The translations under genes were made by a program, and so were the position numbers. DNA of 64,000 bases, taken from the NCBI GenBank assembly GCA_963676725.1, contig OY781463.1, positions 4,332,640-4,396,639 of the forward strand, in the 5' to 3' direction. Origin of the DNA: Bacteroidales bacterium. Its GTDB lineage: Bacteria; Bacteroidota; Bacteroidia; Bacteroidales; WRLA01. The stretch's first letter is position 1; each line of letters starts with the position of its first letter. Under the pieces are notes generated by a model that saw only the letters and a list, made by a program, of their open reading frames with translations, was not told the origin of the DNA and searched no databases. Below, one piece after another: positions 18,288 through 27,068 of the stretch.

Positions 18288-18341
18288 ATCAATGCAAAAT
18301 GCCTCATCAAAAAAAGAGGTGGTTCCTCTAAGCGAAACATA

Positions 18342-19214
18342 ATGAAAAATAAACAGCATACATTTATTATTCGGGGCATCATGTTCAATGAGCAAACGCC
18401 ATATTATATTTTAGAAGGTGAAGATGGATACAGGCGCTTAATGGAAAAAGCCCCATATGAAGACTATCAAATAAAAGTAGGTTCAAAAATAAATTGCCGT
18501 ATTGATAAAATAAATTGCAATGGGCGCTATTTTTTTGAACCCATACATCCAAAATATAAAGTCGGAAAATCATTTGAATTTAAAATCGCAAAAGTTTTTT
18601 CATTTCATTGGTCTCCATATCTAATTTATCTAATGGAATATGGGAGTGGGCATCATTTTACTTATTACAGCACAAAAGAAAACCCAAAGGGAGTCGGAGA
18701 AAATATTTCTGTTCCCATTGTTCGTATAAGCAAGGGACGGATTTATCCTGCCGATTCGTTTCAAAAAACGAATATTCCCAAAAAACAATCCCTTATTTTA
18801 CAAGGTTTTATACAATATGACAGTCAGTCATTCCATGTGTTTTCGGGGGAAGACCAATCACCCGTGCTTGTACAAAGTGATGCATATCTATTTTTGCCAA
18901 AATATGTCGGAAGTCGCCAGGTTTTCTATTTTTTCCGAGACAAGCATCACAAAAACATCATTTATAAAGAACCTGCAGACCCTCTTTTTCTTCCCGGGGA
19001 CAAGCATCAGCTTCAGTTTTTATCTTATGAAATAAAGGATGATTTATTACGAGGATTAAAACACTACATCTATTTAAGGCACGCAATAAGTGGCCGAACA
19101 TTTCGAGTAAATGTGCAAAATTCAAAGACCTATAAAGATTTTAAAATTGGATCGATTATAAATTGCTGTGTAAGCAGATATAAAAAAGGGCGAATTTACT
19201 GGGATGTCCTGTAA
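18342..19214 (+). CDS. Hypothetical protein divergent from the NRPS operon
   Basis: The ORF track gives 18168..19214. The first 58 codons are low-complexity and contain the promoter-like box, so I prefer the ATG at 18342 (MKNKQHTF...). The motif G-x-x-I-...-(K/N)GR(I/Y)(Y/F) occurs three times (GSKINCRIDKINCNGRYFF, GENISVPIVRISKGRIYP, GSIINCCVSRYKKGRIYW). I did not recognise a family. Confidence 0.6.
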   Translation: MKNKQHTFIIRGIMFNEQTPYYILEGEDGYRRLMEKAPYEDYQIKVGSKINCRIDKINCNGRYFFEPIHPKYKVGKSFEFKIAKVFSFHWSPYLIYLMEYGSGHHFTYYSTKENPKGVGENISVPIVRISKGRIYPADSFQKTNIPKKQSLILQGFIQYDSQSFHVFSGEDQSPVLVQSDAYLFLPKYVGSRQVFYFFRDKHHKNIIYKEPADPLFLPGDKHQLQFLSYEIKDDLLRGLKHYIYLRHAISGRTFRVNVQNSKTYKDFKIGSIINCCVSRYKKGRIYWDVL

Positions 19215-19246
19215 AATCAACCTATAATCTATTTGTTGTAAGCTAT

Positions 19247-19921
19247 TTACACACTCGAAAGCATTCTTCTCAGGTTGTCGAATTTATGCTGGTAATCCTG
19301 CATAGAAAATTTAATTACTTCATGAGCTTCCTCTGCTCCGTAGGTATGAGTAATTTCTGCATTTCTGTCTCTCCCGGGGAGATCTTTATAGGTCAGGAAA
19401 TAATGTTTAAGGCGTTCGATAACCAAAGGGCTCATATCTGTTAAGTCCTTATATTCACCATAAACCATATCGTTATCCAAAACAGCAATAATTTTATCAT
19501 CCGCTTCATTGCCATCAATCATACGGAAACCACCAATTGGGCGTGCTCGAACCAAAATATCACCATGGGTAATGTCCTTTTCGGTCATAATGCAAATATC
19601 GAGGGGATCTTCATCACCTTTAATTTCAGAACGATCTGTTTTTTCCATACAAAATTTCGCTACTTGTTCGGCACAGAATGTTTGTGGAATAAAGCCATAA
19701 AGGGCCGGCACCGTATTTGAATATTTCTGTGGCCGATCCAAGCGTAGATAACCACTTGTTTTATCCACTTCATATTTTACAGTATCTGTTGGCACCATTT
19801 CGATATAGCACATTACTGTTTCCGGGGCATCTTCCCCTATATCCACTCCATGCCAAGGATGTGATTTATACCTTAATCCCATCAGGCGTCCGATTGGGTC
19901 CATTAAATTATTACTCATCAT
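19247..19921 (-). CDS. ppa: Inorganic diphosphatase (family I)
   Basis: Family I pyrophosphatase blocks are present: YIEMVPTDTVKYEVDKTSGYLRLDRP, YGFIPQT, GDEDPLD and IDGNEADDKIIAV. Confidence 0.85.
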   Translation of the reverse strand: MMSNNLMDPIGRLMGLRYKSHPWHGVDIGEDAPETVMCYIEMVPTDTVKYEVDKTSGYLRLDRPQKYSNTVPALYGFIPQTFCAEQVAKFCMEKTDRSEIKGDEDPLDICIMTEKDITHGDILVRARPIGGFRMIDGNEADDKIIAVLDNDMVYGEYKDLTDMSPLVIERLKHYFLTYKDLPGRDRNAEITHTYGAEEAHEVIKFSMQDYQHKFDNLRRMLSSV

Positions 19922-20039
19922 TCTCTGCTTTTTTTATTTTAGCGTTCAACAACTGGCCGCAAAAATGGTTTAATCTATTATGATTTGGTATTTAAACGTC
20001 AAATCATTGGTTTAGTTGCATTATTCTTTCATTAAGGCT

Positions 20040-20070
20040 TTTGACAAATTATTAAAATGAATTACATTTG
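20040..20070 (+). promoter_or_regulatory. Bacteroidetes sigma-A type promoter (TTTG-N19-TACATTTG)
   Basis: TTTG at 20040..20043 and TAnnTTTG at 20063..20070 are separated by 19 nt. The promoter lies 55 nt upstream of the wza-like start codon. Confidence 0.45.
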
Positions 20071-20124
20071 CAGCTTGATTGATTCAAATTTCTAAGCATT
20101 TTCAATATTAAGTAGTTATTTAGG

Positions 20125-20916
20125 ATGAAAAAAATCTATGGTTTGCTATTAAGAAAAGGAGCATTATTGCTTCTCCTTGCGGCTTTAATGGCCTCTTGTG
20201 TTCCTCAAAAACGTATCCGTTACCTGCAGCAAGTCAGTGAAACTGATTCAACCCTTATTTATGATTATGCCGCTCAGGTTGATTATAAAGTGAAATCGGG
20301 AGATAATTTATATATAAAAGTCTCCAGTCTGGACGAAAAAACATATGATTTTTTCAATACAGCAAAAAGTTCAAATAATAGTGGAAACTATTATAATGAA
20401 GCAGGTATTTACCTAAATTCGTATTCTGTAAGCGATTCCGGAAATATTGATTTTCCTTTTATTGGAAAAATATATGTCCGCGGCATGAATACGGAACAAA
20501 TTACCGCCAAACTGCAAAATATCATTGATGAGTACCTGATTGAAACAACCGTTATTGTGAAATTGGTAAACTTCAGGATTACTTTTATCGGCGAAATAAA
20601 GCAACCCGGGCAACTTCAAATTTATCAGGATAAAATCAATATTTTTGAAGCCATTGCCAAAGCCGGAGACCTGACCGATTTTGCCAATAGAAATAATGTA
20701 AAAATCATTAGAAAAGAAAGCGGGCAAGCGGTAATCCACGAAGTTGACCTCACAAAACGGGACATTCTTGCCTCCGATCTTTACTATATGAAACCCAATG
20801 ACATCGTATATGTAGAGCCTTTGAGGGGCAAGCAGTTTACATTTGCTAATTTCCCTTATGCTGTAATATTCTCTCTTATTAGCACAACAATACTGTTGCT
20901 GAATTATTTCAACTAA
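20125..20916 (+). CDS. Polysaccharide export outer-membrane protein (Wza/BexD family)
   Basis: A lipoprotein-type signal is present (LLLAALMASCVPQ). A Poly_export-like block (YKVKSGDNLYIKV ... GKIYVRGMNTEQITAKLQ) is followed by an SLBB-like region. The gene sits directly upstream of a Wzc-type gene. Confidence 0.8.
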   Translation: MKKIYGLLLRKGALLLLLAALMASCVPQKRIRYLQQVSETDSTLIYDYAAQVDYKVKSGDNLYIKVSSLDEKTYDFFNTAKSSNNSGNYYNEAGIYLNSYSVSDSGNIDFPFIGKIYVRGMNTEQITAKLQNIIDEYLIETTVIVKLVNFRITFIGEIKQPGQLQIYQDKINIFEAIAKAGDLTDFANRNNVKIIRKESGQAVIHEVDLTKRDILASDLYYMKPNDIVYVEPLRGKQFTFANFPYAVIFSLISTTILLLNYFN

Positions 20917-20963
20917 GCAGCGCTAAGACAAATAAATCAGACACTAAAAAATATTCATAAACT

Positions 20964-23465
20964 GTGAACGACAATCAAAATAACCATCAAAGGCCTTACG
21001 ATCAGGCGGAAGAAGAATCCATTGATTTCAGGCAATTGTTTTTTAAGTTTTATCGTTTTTGGTATTTCTTTGCAATTACAATTTTTATTGCCCTTGTTAT
21101 CGCTTTTCTCTTTAACAAATATACGAAACCAATCTATGAGGTTTCTACAACTGTATTGATTAAAGAAAACAACCGTGTAGGTGGTGGTGATGCACAGGCA
21201 CTTCTAGGTCTTGGCTTAGGGAACTCGATGCAAAATTTAAATAATGAAATTGGCATCTTAAATTCCTATACCCTGACACACAGGGCTGTAAAAGCACTTG
21301 GTTTGGATGTTTCATACTATGGCGAGAAAAATTTCATCACTTCAGAGATGTATGATGAATCACCATATACTGTTGTTTTTGACACAAACCATCCTCAACC
21401 CGTAAATCAAAAATTTCATATTACCATTATTAATGGGCAGAGTTATCACCTCGAAGCAGAAGGGGAAAATATCAAACTATACGACTTCCTTACGAATGAA
21501 ATTCTTGAGCATGACGGAAAAGATGTTACTGCGGAGAAAATTTCACTCAATAATGATTATCGATTCGACCAGATCATTGAATCAGACGATTATCGCTTTC
21601 GCATTATCCTGAACAATAATTACGAAGCAGAAACGCACAACAGCAGAAAAATGCATTTCCAGTTTAATATGCTGGATGATATGGTGAAGATGATGCGTGG
21701 TTTTGATATTGAACCTATCAACAAAGATGCTTCCATTGTTCAAATTAAACTAAAAGGAAATAACGTTAAAAAATCAGTTGATTTCCTAAACGAACTTACA
21801 AAGGAATACCTAAATCGGCAGTTGGAACACAAAAACCAAATCGCCACAAAAACCATTGAGTTTATAGATACAGAGATTGTTGGCATTCAGGACTCGCTGA
21901 CATCTGCAGAACAAAAACTGGAAAGCTTCCGTGAGCAAAATAAAATTATGGAGCTAAGCTTTGAAGCAAATCAGGTTTTTACATATATGAACCAGTTGGA
22001 CCAACAAAAAGCAGAGCTTACTGTTAAATCGAAATATTATAAGTTTATTGAGGACTATGTCAGTCAAAATAGTGATATAGGTCAAATACTTGTTCCTTCC
22101 GCAATGGGCATCGAAGACCCTCTGCTGGGTCAACTTATTGCAGAATTGGTGAAATTAAACGATGAGCGCTCTACCTTGATGATCAATTCAAAAAAGAAAA
22201 ACCCTGCTGTGGTTATGGTTGATCAAAAAATTGAAAGTGCTAAACGCAATTTGGTCGAAAATATCAGGAATATTGTAAACGGCTCTAAAATTGCCATTGA
22301 TGATATCGACTCACGCATTAGTGAATTGAATGCACGAATGATGTCCTTGCCTGCGAGCCAAAGACAACTGCTCACTTATAAGCGCGAATTTGAACTCAGC
22401 AATAAGCTGTTTACTTTCCTAACACAAAAACGTGCTGAAGCGCAAATTACAAAAGCATCCAACCTGCCGGATAACGAAATTATTGATAAAGCAATGGAAG
22501 TCGGTCAGGCCCCTGTTTATCCCAAAAAGAGCCTGAACTATATGATCGCCCTTATTCTTGGCGTGATCCTTCCTGCTGTTTATATTTATCTAAAGGATTT
22601 CTTCAACGACAAGATTAATGAGCGACGCGATGTAGAGAATGCTACAAACATTCCAATTATTGGTCATATCATTCACAGTAGCCGTGAAAGCAAAGTTGTT
22701 GTGGCCGATTCGCCAAAATCATCCATTGCTGAAAGCTTCCGCTCTGTGCGAACAAACCTGCAATATATGGCCAAAGGCAAGGAAAAACAGGTTATCCTGA
22801 TTACTTCAGATATTGTAAGTGCAGGTAAAACATTTACATCCATCAACTTAGCTTCTATTTTTGCTATGTATGGCAAAAAGACGCTCCTTATGGGTTATGA
22901 CCTTAGGAAACCTAAAATTTATCAGGATTTTGGTTTGACCAATACCGAAGGGATTAGTTCCTACCTGATTAATAAAAGCAAATTCGAGGACATTATTCAG
23001 AAGTCGCCCATTGACAATCTCGATATTATTATGGCAGGCCCGGTTCCTCCAAACCCTGCAGAGCTTATTGCTTCGGCTAAAACAGAAGAACTAATGGCTC
23101 GCCTTAAAGATATTTACGACTTTATTATCCTTGACACACCACCTGTTGGGCTTGTAACAGATGCGTTCCTGCTCATGAAGTATACCGATAGCAATGTCTT
23201 TGTTGTGCGCCAAGGTTATACAAATAAAAAAGTATTTGCAGGAGTTATTCAGGATGTGGAAAAACGAGATATCCCCAATGCCAGTATTCTGATTAATGAC
23301 GTAAAACTAAGCAAGAATGCTTATGGTTATGGATACGGATACGGCTATGGTTATGGATATGGATATGGATACGGTTATGGGTATGGATACGGTTATGGAT
23401 ATTATTCCGATGATAAAAATGCCGCTCGAGAATCTGTACTAAAGCGTATTTTCAGAAAATCATAA
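20964..23465 (+). CDS. Polysaccharide co-polymerase / BY-type tyrosine autokinase (Wzc/GumC-like)
   Basis: GTG start. The N-terminal Wzz-like region has two TM helices flanking a long coiled-coil periplasmic part. The C-terminal kinase has Walker A-like SDIVSAGKT, Walker A' YDLRKP and Walker B IILDTPP. The protein ends in a Tyr-rich tail. Confidence 0.85.
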   Translation: MNDNQNNHQRPYDQAEEESIDFRQLFFKFYRFWYFFAITIFIALVIAFLFNKYTKPIYEVSTTVLIKENNRVGGGDAQALLGLGLGNSMQNLNNEIGILNSYTLTHRAVKALGLDVSYYGEKNFITSEMYDESPYTVVFDTNHPQPVNQKFHITIINGQSYHLEAEGENIKLYDFLTNEILEHDGKDVTAEKISLNNDYRFDQIIESDDYRFRIILNNNYEAETHNSRKMHFQFNMLDDMVKMMRGFDIEPINKDASIVQIKLKGNNVKKSVDFLNELTKEYLNRQLEHKNQIATKTIEFIDTEIVGIQDSLTSAEQKLESFREQNKIMELSFEANQVFTYMNQLDQQKAELTVKSKYYKFIEDYVSQNSDIGQILVPSAMGIEDPLLGQLIAELVKLNDERSTLMINSKKKNPAVVMVDQKIESAKRNLVENIRNIVNGSKIAIDDIDSRISELNARMMSLPASQRQLLTYKREFELSNKLFTFLTQKRAEAQITKASNLPDNEIIDKAMEVGQAPVYPKKSLNYMIALILGVILPAVYIYLKDFFNDKINERRDVENATNIPIIGHIIHSSRESKVVVADSPKSSIAESFRSVRTNLQYMAKGKEKQVILITSDIVSAGKTFTSINLASIFAMYGKKTLLMGYDLRKPKIYQDFGLTNTEGISSYLINKSKFEDIIQKSPIDNLDIIMAGPVPPNPAELIASAKTEELMARLKDIYDFIILDTPPVGLVTDAFLLMKYTDSNVFVVRQGYTNKKVFAGVIQDVEKRDIPNASILINDVKLSKNAYGYGYGYGYGYGYGYGYGYGYGYGYGYYSDDKNAARESVLKRIFRKS
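23322..23405 (+). repeat. Coding hexanucleotide repeat: 13 x (TAY-GGN) + TAT-TAT encoding (YG)13-YY
   Basis: Codon-by-codon reading from 23322 gives tat ggt tat gga tac gga tac ggc ... tat gga tat tat. Synonymous codons are mixed, so the repeat is imperfect at the DNA level. Confidence 0.95.
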
Positions 23466-23486
23466 CAAAAGGACCAAGCAAATGAG

Positions 23487-23536
23487 CCAACGAATAAAAA
23501 CTCCATCTGTGAGCTTTTATTCGTTGGTTTTGTTTT
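23487..23536 (+). terminator. Strong rho-independent terminator after the wzc-like gene
   Basis: A perfect 13-bp stem pairs CCAACGAATAAAA (23487..23499) with TTTTATTCGTTGG (23515..23527). It is followed by TTTTGTTTT. Confidence 0.8.
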
Positions 23537-23586
23537 AGCTAAGCTTATTTTGTAAGTTTACCGTCCTTTGAAGAATAAGGTGCATT

Positions 23587-24102
23587 ATGTTTAAAGAATC
23601 ATTCGTTCGGTTTATTCTCTTATTACTGGTTCAGGTTTTGATTCTGAACAACATACATCTTTATCATTTTGTAACCCCCCTTATTTATATTTATTTCATT
23701 ATAAAGCTGCCATTTGATATTCCTGGTTGGTTGTTGCTACTGCTTGCTTTTTTGATTGGGTTTCTTATGGACATTTTCGTGGCAACACCGGGTTTACATG
23801 CTTCTGCTACTGTATTTGCTGCATTTATAAGGCCTCTTATTATTCGTTTGATGCGATCAGGAAGGGATTATGAACCAGGCTTAGTTCCCGGAATCAGGGA
23901 TATGGGTCCTCGCTGGTTTATTGGCTATTCAATAATAATTGTTGCTGTTCAAGTTGCTGCAATTACATTCCTTGAAAACTTAGGCAGCAGTGATTATACA
24001 CAGATTTTTTACCGCTGGTTTTATAGTACATTGGTTTCATTTACAATGATCTTAATCTTGGATTATCTTTTTCTCACTAAAAAGAAAAAAGGATACATTT
24101 AG
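23587..24102 (+). CDS. mreD: MreD-like rod-shape membrane protein
   Basis: The 171-aa polytopic membrane protein has an N-terminal half (LLLLVQVLILNNIHLYHFVTPLIYIYFIIKLP...FLIGFLMDIFVATPGLHASATVFAAFIRP) that matches the pattern I recall for Bacteroidetes MreD. The call rests on memory of the family, not on a search. Confidence 0.55.
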   Translation: MFKESFVRFILLLLVQVLILNNIHLYHFVTPLIYIYFIIKLPFDIPGWLLLLLAFLIGFLMDIFVATPGLHASATVFAAFIRPLIIRLMRSGRDYEPGLVPGIRDMGPRWFIGYSIIIVAVQVAAITFLENLGSSDYTQIFYRWFYSTLVSFTMILILDYLFLTKKKKGYI

Positions 24103-24238
24103 AGCAAACCGGCAATATATGTTGGAGGTTCTTCATAATTATAAGCTTATTCAGAGGTAATGTAAATCGTCGAGATCTGCAATTAGAATGAATGCTTTTT
24201 TTAACTTCGCGCTCTGATTTTGATGAAATATACGACAC

Positions 24239-25660
24239 ATGGTTTTTAGCAGTGCGTTATTTTTATTGTATTTTCTGCCCATTTTTATTGTGGCTTACTT
24301 TTTTGTTGCCCAAAGGTTCAGAAATATCCTCACTCTCGCCTTCAGCATTTTCTTTTATGCCTGGGGGGCTCCCCGTTTTCTCTTTTTAGTAATTCTTTCA
24401 ACGGTGCTTACTTTTTATCTTGTACAGGCACTGCATAAAGAAAGCCGTAGAAAGCAACGTCGGTGGCTGCTTACATCTGCTGTTGGGCTTAATCTTGGTT
24501 TATTGCTCTATTTCAAATATGCCAATTTCTTCGTCGAAAACCTGAATGAATTGCTAAGCGGGCTTGGAATGACCAACCTGGAATGGACTGCTGTTGCTTT
24601 GCCTATTGGAATTTCATTTTTCACTTTTCAATCCCTGACCTATGCCGTGGATGTGTACAGAAAAGTGCATGACCCTCTGCGAAAGCTCACCGATTATATG
24701 CTCTATATCATGATGTTCCCACAAATGATAGCCGGGCCAATTGTTCGTTTTAACACCATTGCCGATCAAATTGAACATAGAAACACCACCGCTGAAGATC
24801 GTCTTTTGGGCTTTTACCGCTTTACCATTGGTCTTGCAAAAAAAGTACTAATCGCCAATGTAATGGGAGCGGTTGCCGATGATATTCTGGCCAGGGAATT
24901 TGTGCATATGAATTCCACAACAGCATGGATAGGTATTTTGGCATATACATTTCAGATCTACTTCGATTTTAGCGGATACTCGGATATGGCGATTGGGATT
25001 GGTCGTATGATCGGTTTTCGTTTCCCTGAAAACTTTAATAACCCCTATATTTCACAATCCATTACTGAATTCTGGCGTCGTTGGCATATGACTCTTGGCG
25101 CATGGATGAAAGATTATCTCTACATCCCGCTTGGCGGTAACCGAGTAAAATCAAAGACTCGGCTCTATTTCAATCTTGGCTTTGTTTTTCTTCTCTCCGG
25201 ATTATGGCATGGAGCATCATGGAATTTTGTGCTTTGGGGTGCATTTCATGGTGTTTTCCTGATCCTAGACCGTATATTCCTAATTCGAATACTGAATAAA
25301 TTAGGCAAATACCCATCCGTTTTGATTACTTTTTTCCTTGCAGTGATGGGCTGGGTGCTTTTCCGCATCGAAGATTTTAATGCCGCAATGACATTTTACG
25401 GACGCCTTTTTGCTTTTGATTTCTCAAGCTTATCTTTAAATGATTCAGGGCGCTTTTTCTTGATATTGCCTTTTGCACTCATTTTTTCCTGGATTACACT
25501 CAGTAAATACGGGCTCCGCTTGCAGGATAAAGTGTTCTACAGCTCCTATTCAATAAAAGGCAGCTTGATTATGTTGATTGTCGTCATCGTATTATTAGGT
25601 TTTTCATTGGCCTCGGTAACAAGTTCTGGATTTAATCCGTTTATCTATTTCAGGTTTTAA
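24239..25660 (+). CDS. MBOAT-family membrane-bound O-acyltransferase (AlgI/DltB-like)
   Basis: The N-terminus MVFSSALFLLYFLP, ISFFTFQSLTYAVDVYR, FWRRWHMTLGAWMKDYLYIPLGGNR and the WHGASWNFVLWG block with the conserved His are all present. Confidence 0.9.
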   Translation: MVFSSALFLLYFLPIFIVAYFFVAQRFRNILTLAFSIFFYAWGAPRFLFLVILSTVLTFYLVQALHKESRRKQRRWLLTSAVGLNLGLLLYFKYANFFVENLNELLSGLGMTNLEWTAVALPIGISFFTFQSLTYAVDVYRKVHDPLRKLTDYMLYIMMFPQMIAGPIVRFNTIADQIEHRNTTAEDRLLGFYRFTIGLAKKVLIANVMGAVADDILAREFVHMNSTTAWIGILAYTFQIYFDFSGYSDMAIGIGRMIGFRFPENFNNPYISQSITEFWRRWHMTLGAWMKDYLYIPLGGNRVKSKTRLYFNLGFVFLLSGLWHGASWNFVLWGAFHGVFLILDRIFLIRILNKLGKYPSVLITFFLAVMGWVLFRIEDFNAAMTFYGRLFAFDFSSLSLNDSGRFFLILPFALIFSWITLSKYGLRLQDKVFYSSYSIKGSLIMLIVVIVLLGFSLASVTSSGFNPFIYFRF

Positions 25661-25663
25661 CGC

Positions 25664-26971
25664 ATGAAAAAGGAACAACTACATAGCACCCTCTTTATCG
25701 CTTTGATAGCCGTTTTGCTTTTGCCTGCATTTCAGCAAATGTTCCATTTGTTCCCTGAACCGACTCTTGCTGGAGCTTCCATTAAAGCAGATTACAAACC
25801 ATTAAACACTAAATATTGGCTCGACGGGTCTTATCAGGAAAATACAGACAAATGGTTGAATGAAAATTTTGGCTTTAGGCCAGCCTTCGTTCGGCTTAAT
25901 AATCAACTGGAATACAGTTTACTGGGAAAGATAAATGCAAAAAATGTTTATGAAGGCAGCAATCATTTCTTATATCGTTTTTATGCTCCAGGTATGAAAT
26001 ACAATACAAATTTTCGCGGCAAAGAATGGCTCAGCGAGAAAACCGATAAGCTAAAATTTGTACAAGACACCCTCGAAAAATTAGGCAAACACATCATCAT
26101 TGCCATTGCTCCCGCGAAACATTATTATCACGCAGCCAATTTACCTCCGGAAAACAGTAGCCCAGACACTCTGCCCAATAATTATAAGCAAATTGTATCA
26201 TCGCTGATTGAGCAAAATGCAAATATGATTGATCTGAACGATTGGTTTCTCAAAGCACAGGACACTATAAAAATCCCGGTCTATGCTAAAGGCGGCATTC
26301 ACTGGACGCAACTAGCATCATTTGTTGCCATGGACTCAATAATGCATTATATGCAACATCTGAGTAATGAAAAATATCCTGAGATATCGTGGCAACCGCC
26401 TGTAATAAGAAAAAAGCCTTGGGCTCCGGATGTGGACATCTATAATGCATTAAACATTTATACACAATGGGATGAGTTTCCTTTGCAATACGGCGCCTTA
26501 ATCGAAGACTCTTCAGCTACACAGAAGCCAAAAGTTATTGTAATCGCTGACAGCTATTTTCATGCACCATCATGGAGTAGCATCCCTAAAAAATATTTTT
26601 CGGAAAATTCTGAATTCTGGTATTACAACAAAGAAGTATATAATAATGACAATCAGAAAATTGGAATGGTTGCCGACCTTGATCTTGGCACGCAAATTAA
26701 TGATCACAACTATTTTATTGTATTATCAACAGTGATGAACCTTGAAAATTTTGCCTGGAATTTTATCGATCAAATGTATGATTACTATACAGGCAAAAGA
26801 AAAAAACCAATAGAATCAGACAAACAAAAGGAAGAAATCCAAAAAATTATCAGGAAAATCAAAGCCGACAAAAACTGGTTAAATTCTGTTAATAATAAAG
26901 CAAAACGAAGGGGTATTCCCTTAGATTCCATGCTGATTTTAGACGCCCAATATATGCTAAACAACCGTTAA
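25664..26971 (+). CDS. AlgJ/AlgX-like (SGNH-type) periplasmic partner of the MBOAT acyltransferase
   Basis: It starts 4 nt after the MBOAT stop. There is an N-terminal signal anchor, a GGIHWT block resembling the D-x-HW catalytic block of AlgJ/AlgX, and a later VIVIADSYF block. The assignment rests on motifs and context only. Confidence 0.5.
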   Translation: MKKEQLHSTLFIALIAVLLLPAFQQMFHLFPEPTLAGASIKADYKPLNTKYWLDGSYQENTDKWLNENFGFRPAFVRLNNQLEYSLLGKINAKNVYEGSNHFLYRFYAPGMKYNTNFRGKEWLSEKTDKLKFVQDTLEKLGKHIIIAIAPAKHYYHAANLPPENSSPDTLPNNYKQIVSSLIEQNANMIDLNDWFLKAQDTIKIPVYAKGGIHWTQLASFVAMDSIMHYMQHLSNEKYPEISWQPPVIRKKPWAPDVDIYNALNIYTQWDEFPLQYGALIEDSSATQKPKVIVIADSYFHAPSWSSIPKKYFSENSEFWYYNKEVYNNDNQKIGMVADLDLGTQINDHNYFIVLSTVMNLENFAWNFIDQMYDYYTGKRKKPIESDKQKEEIQKIIRKIKADKNWLNSVNNKAKRRGIPLDSMLILDAQYMLNNR

Positions 26972-27068
26972 CAATCCAATAGGTCTTAATTCCTTTCTTT
27001 AAGAAAAAGAACATTAATTTGGAATTAATGCCAGCTTATTCTATTTTTGGTAAAAATCTACGTTTCTG

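Noticed and set aside
18168-18341. The ORF track shows a 58-codon N-terminal extension of the hypothetical protein.
   Set aside because: The extension is Lys/Ile/Phe-rich filler typical of AT-rich intergenic DNA. It contains a TAnnTTTG box (18280..18287) that fits a start at 18342.
23322-23405. The tandem repeat could be a CRISPR-like or phase-variable microsatellite.
   Set aside because: It is in-frame coding sequence of the Wzc tail. The unit is 6 nt with mixed synonymous codons, so any change keeps the frame. It has nothing like repeat-spacer architecture.
24192-24389. A 65-aa ORF overlaps the start of the MBOAT gene.
   Set aside because: It is in a different frame from an MBOAT gene whose N-terminus (MVFSSALFLLYFLP) is already canonical, and it has no independent support.
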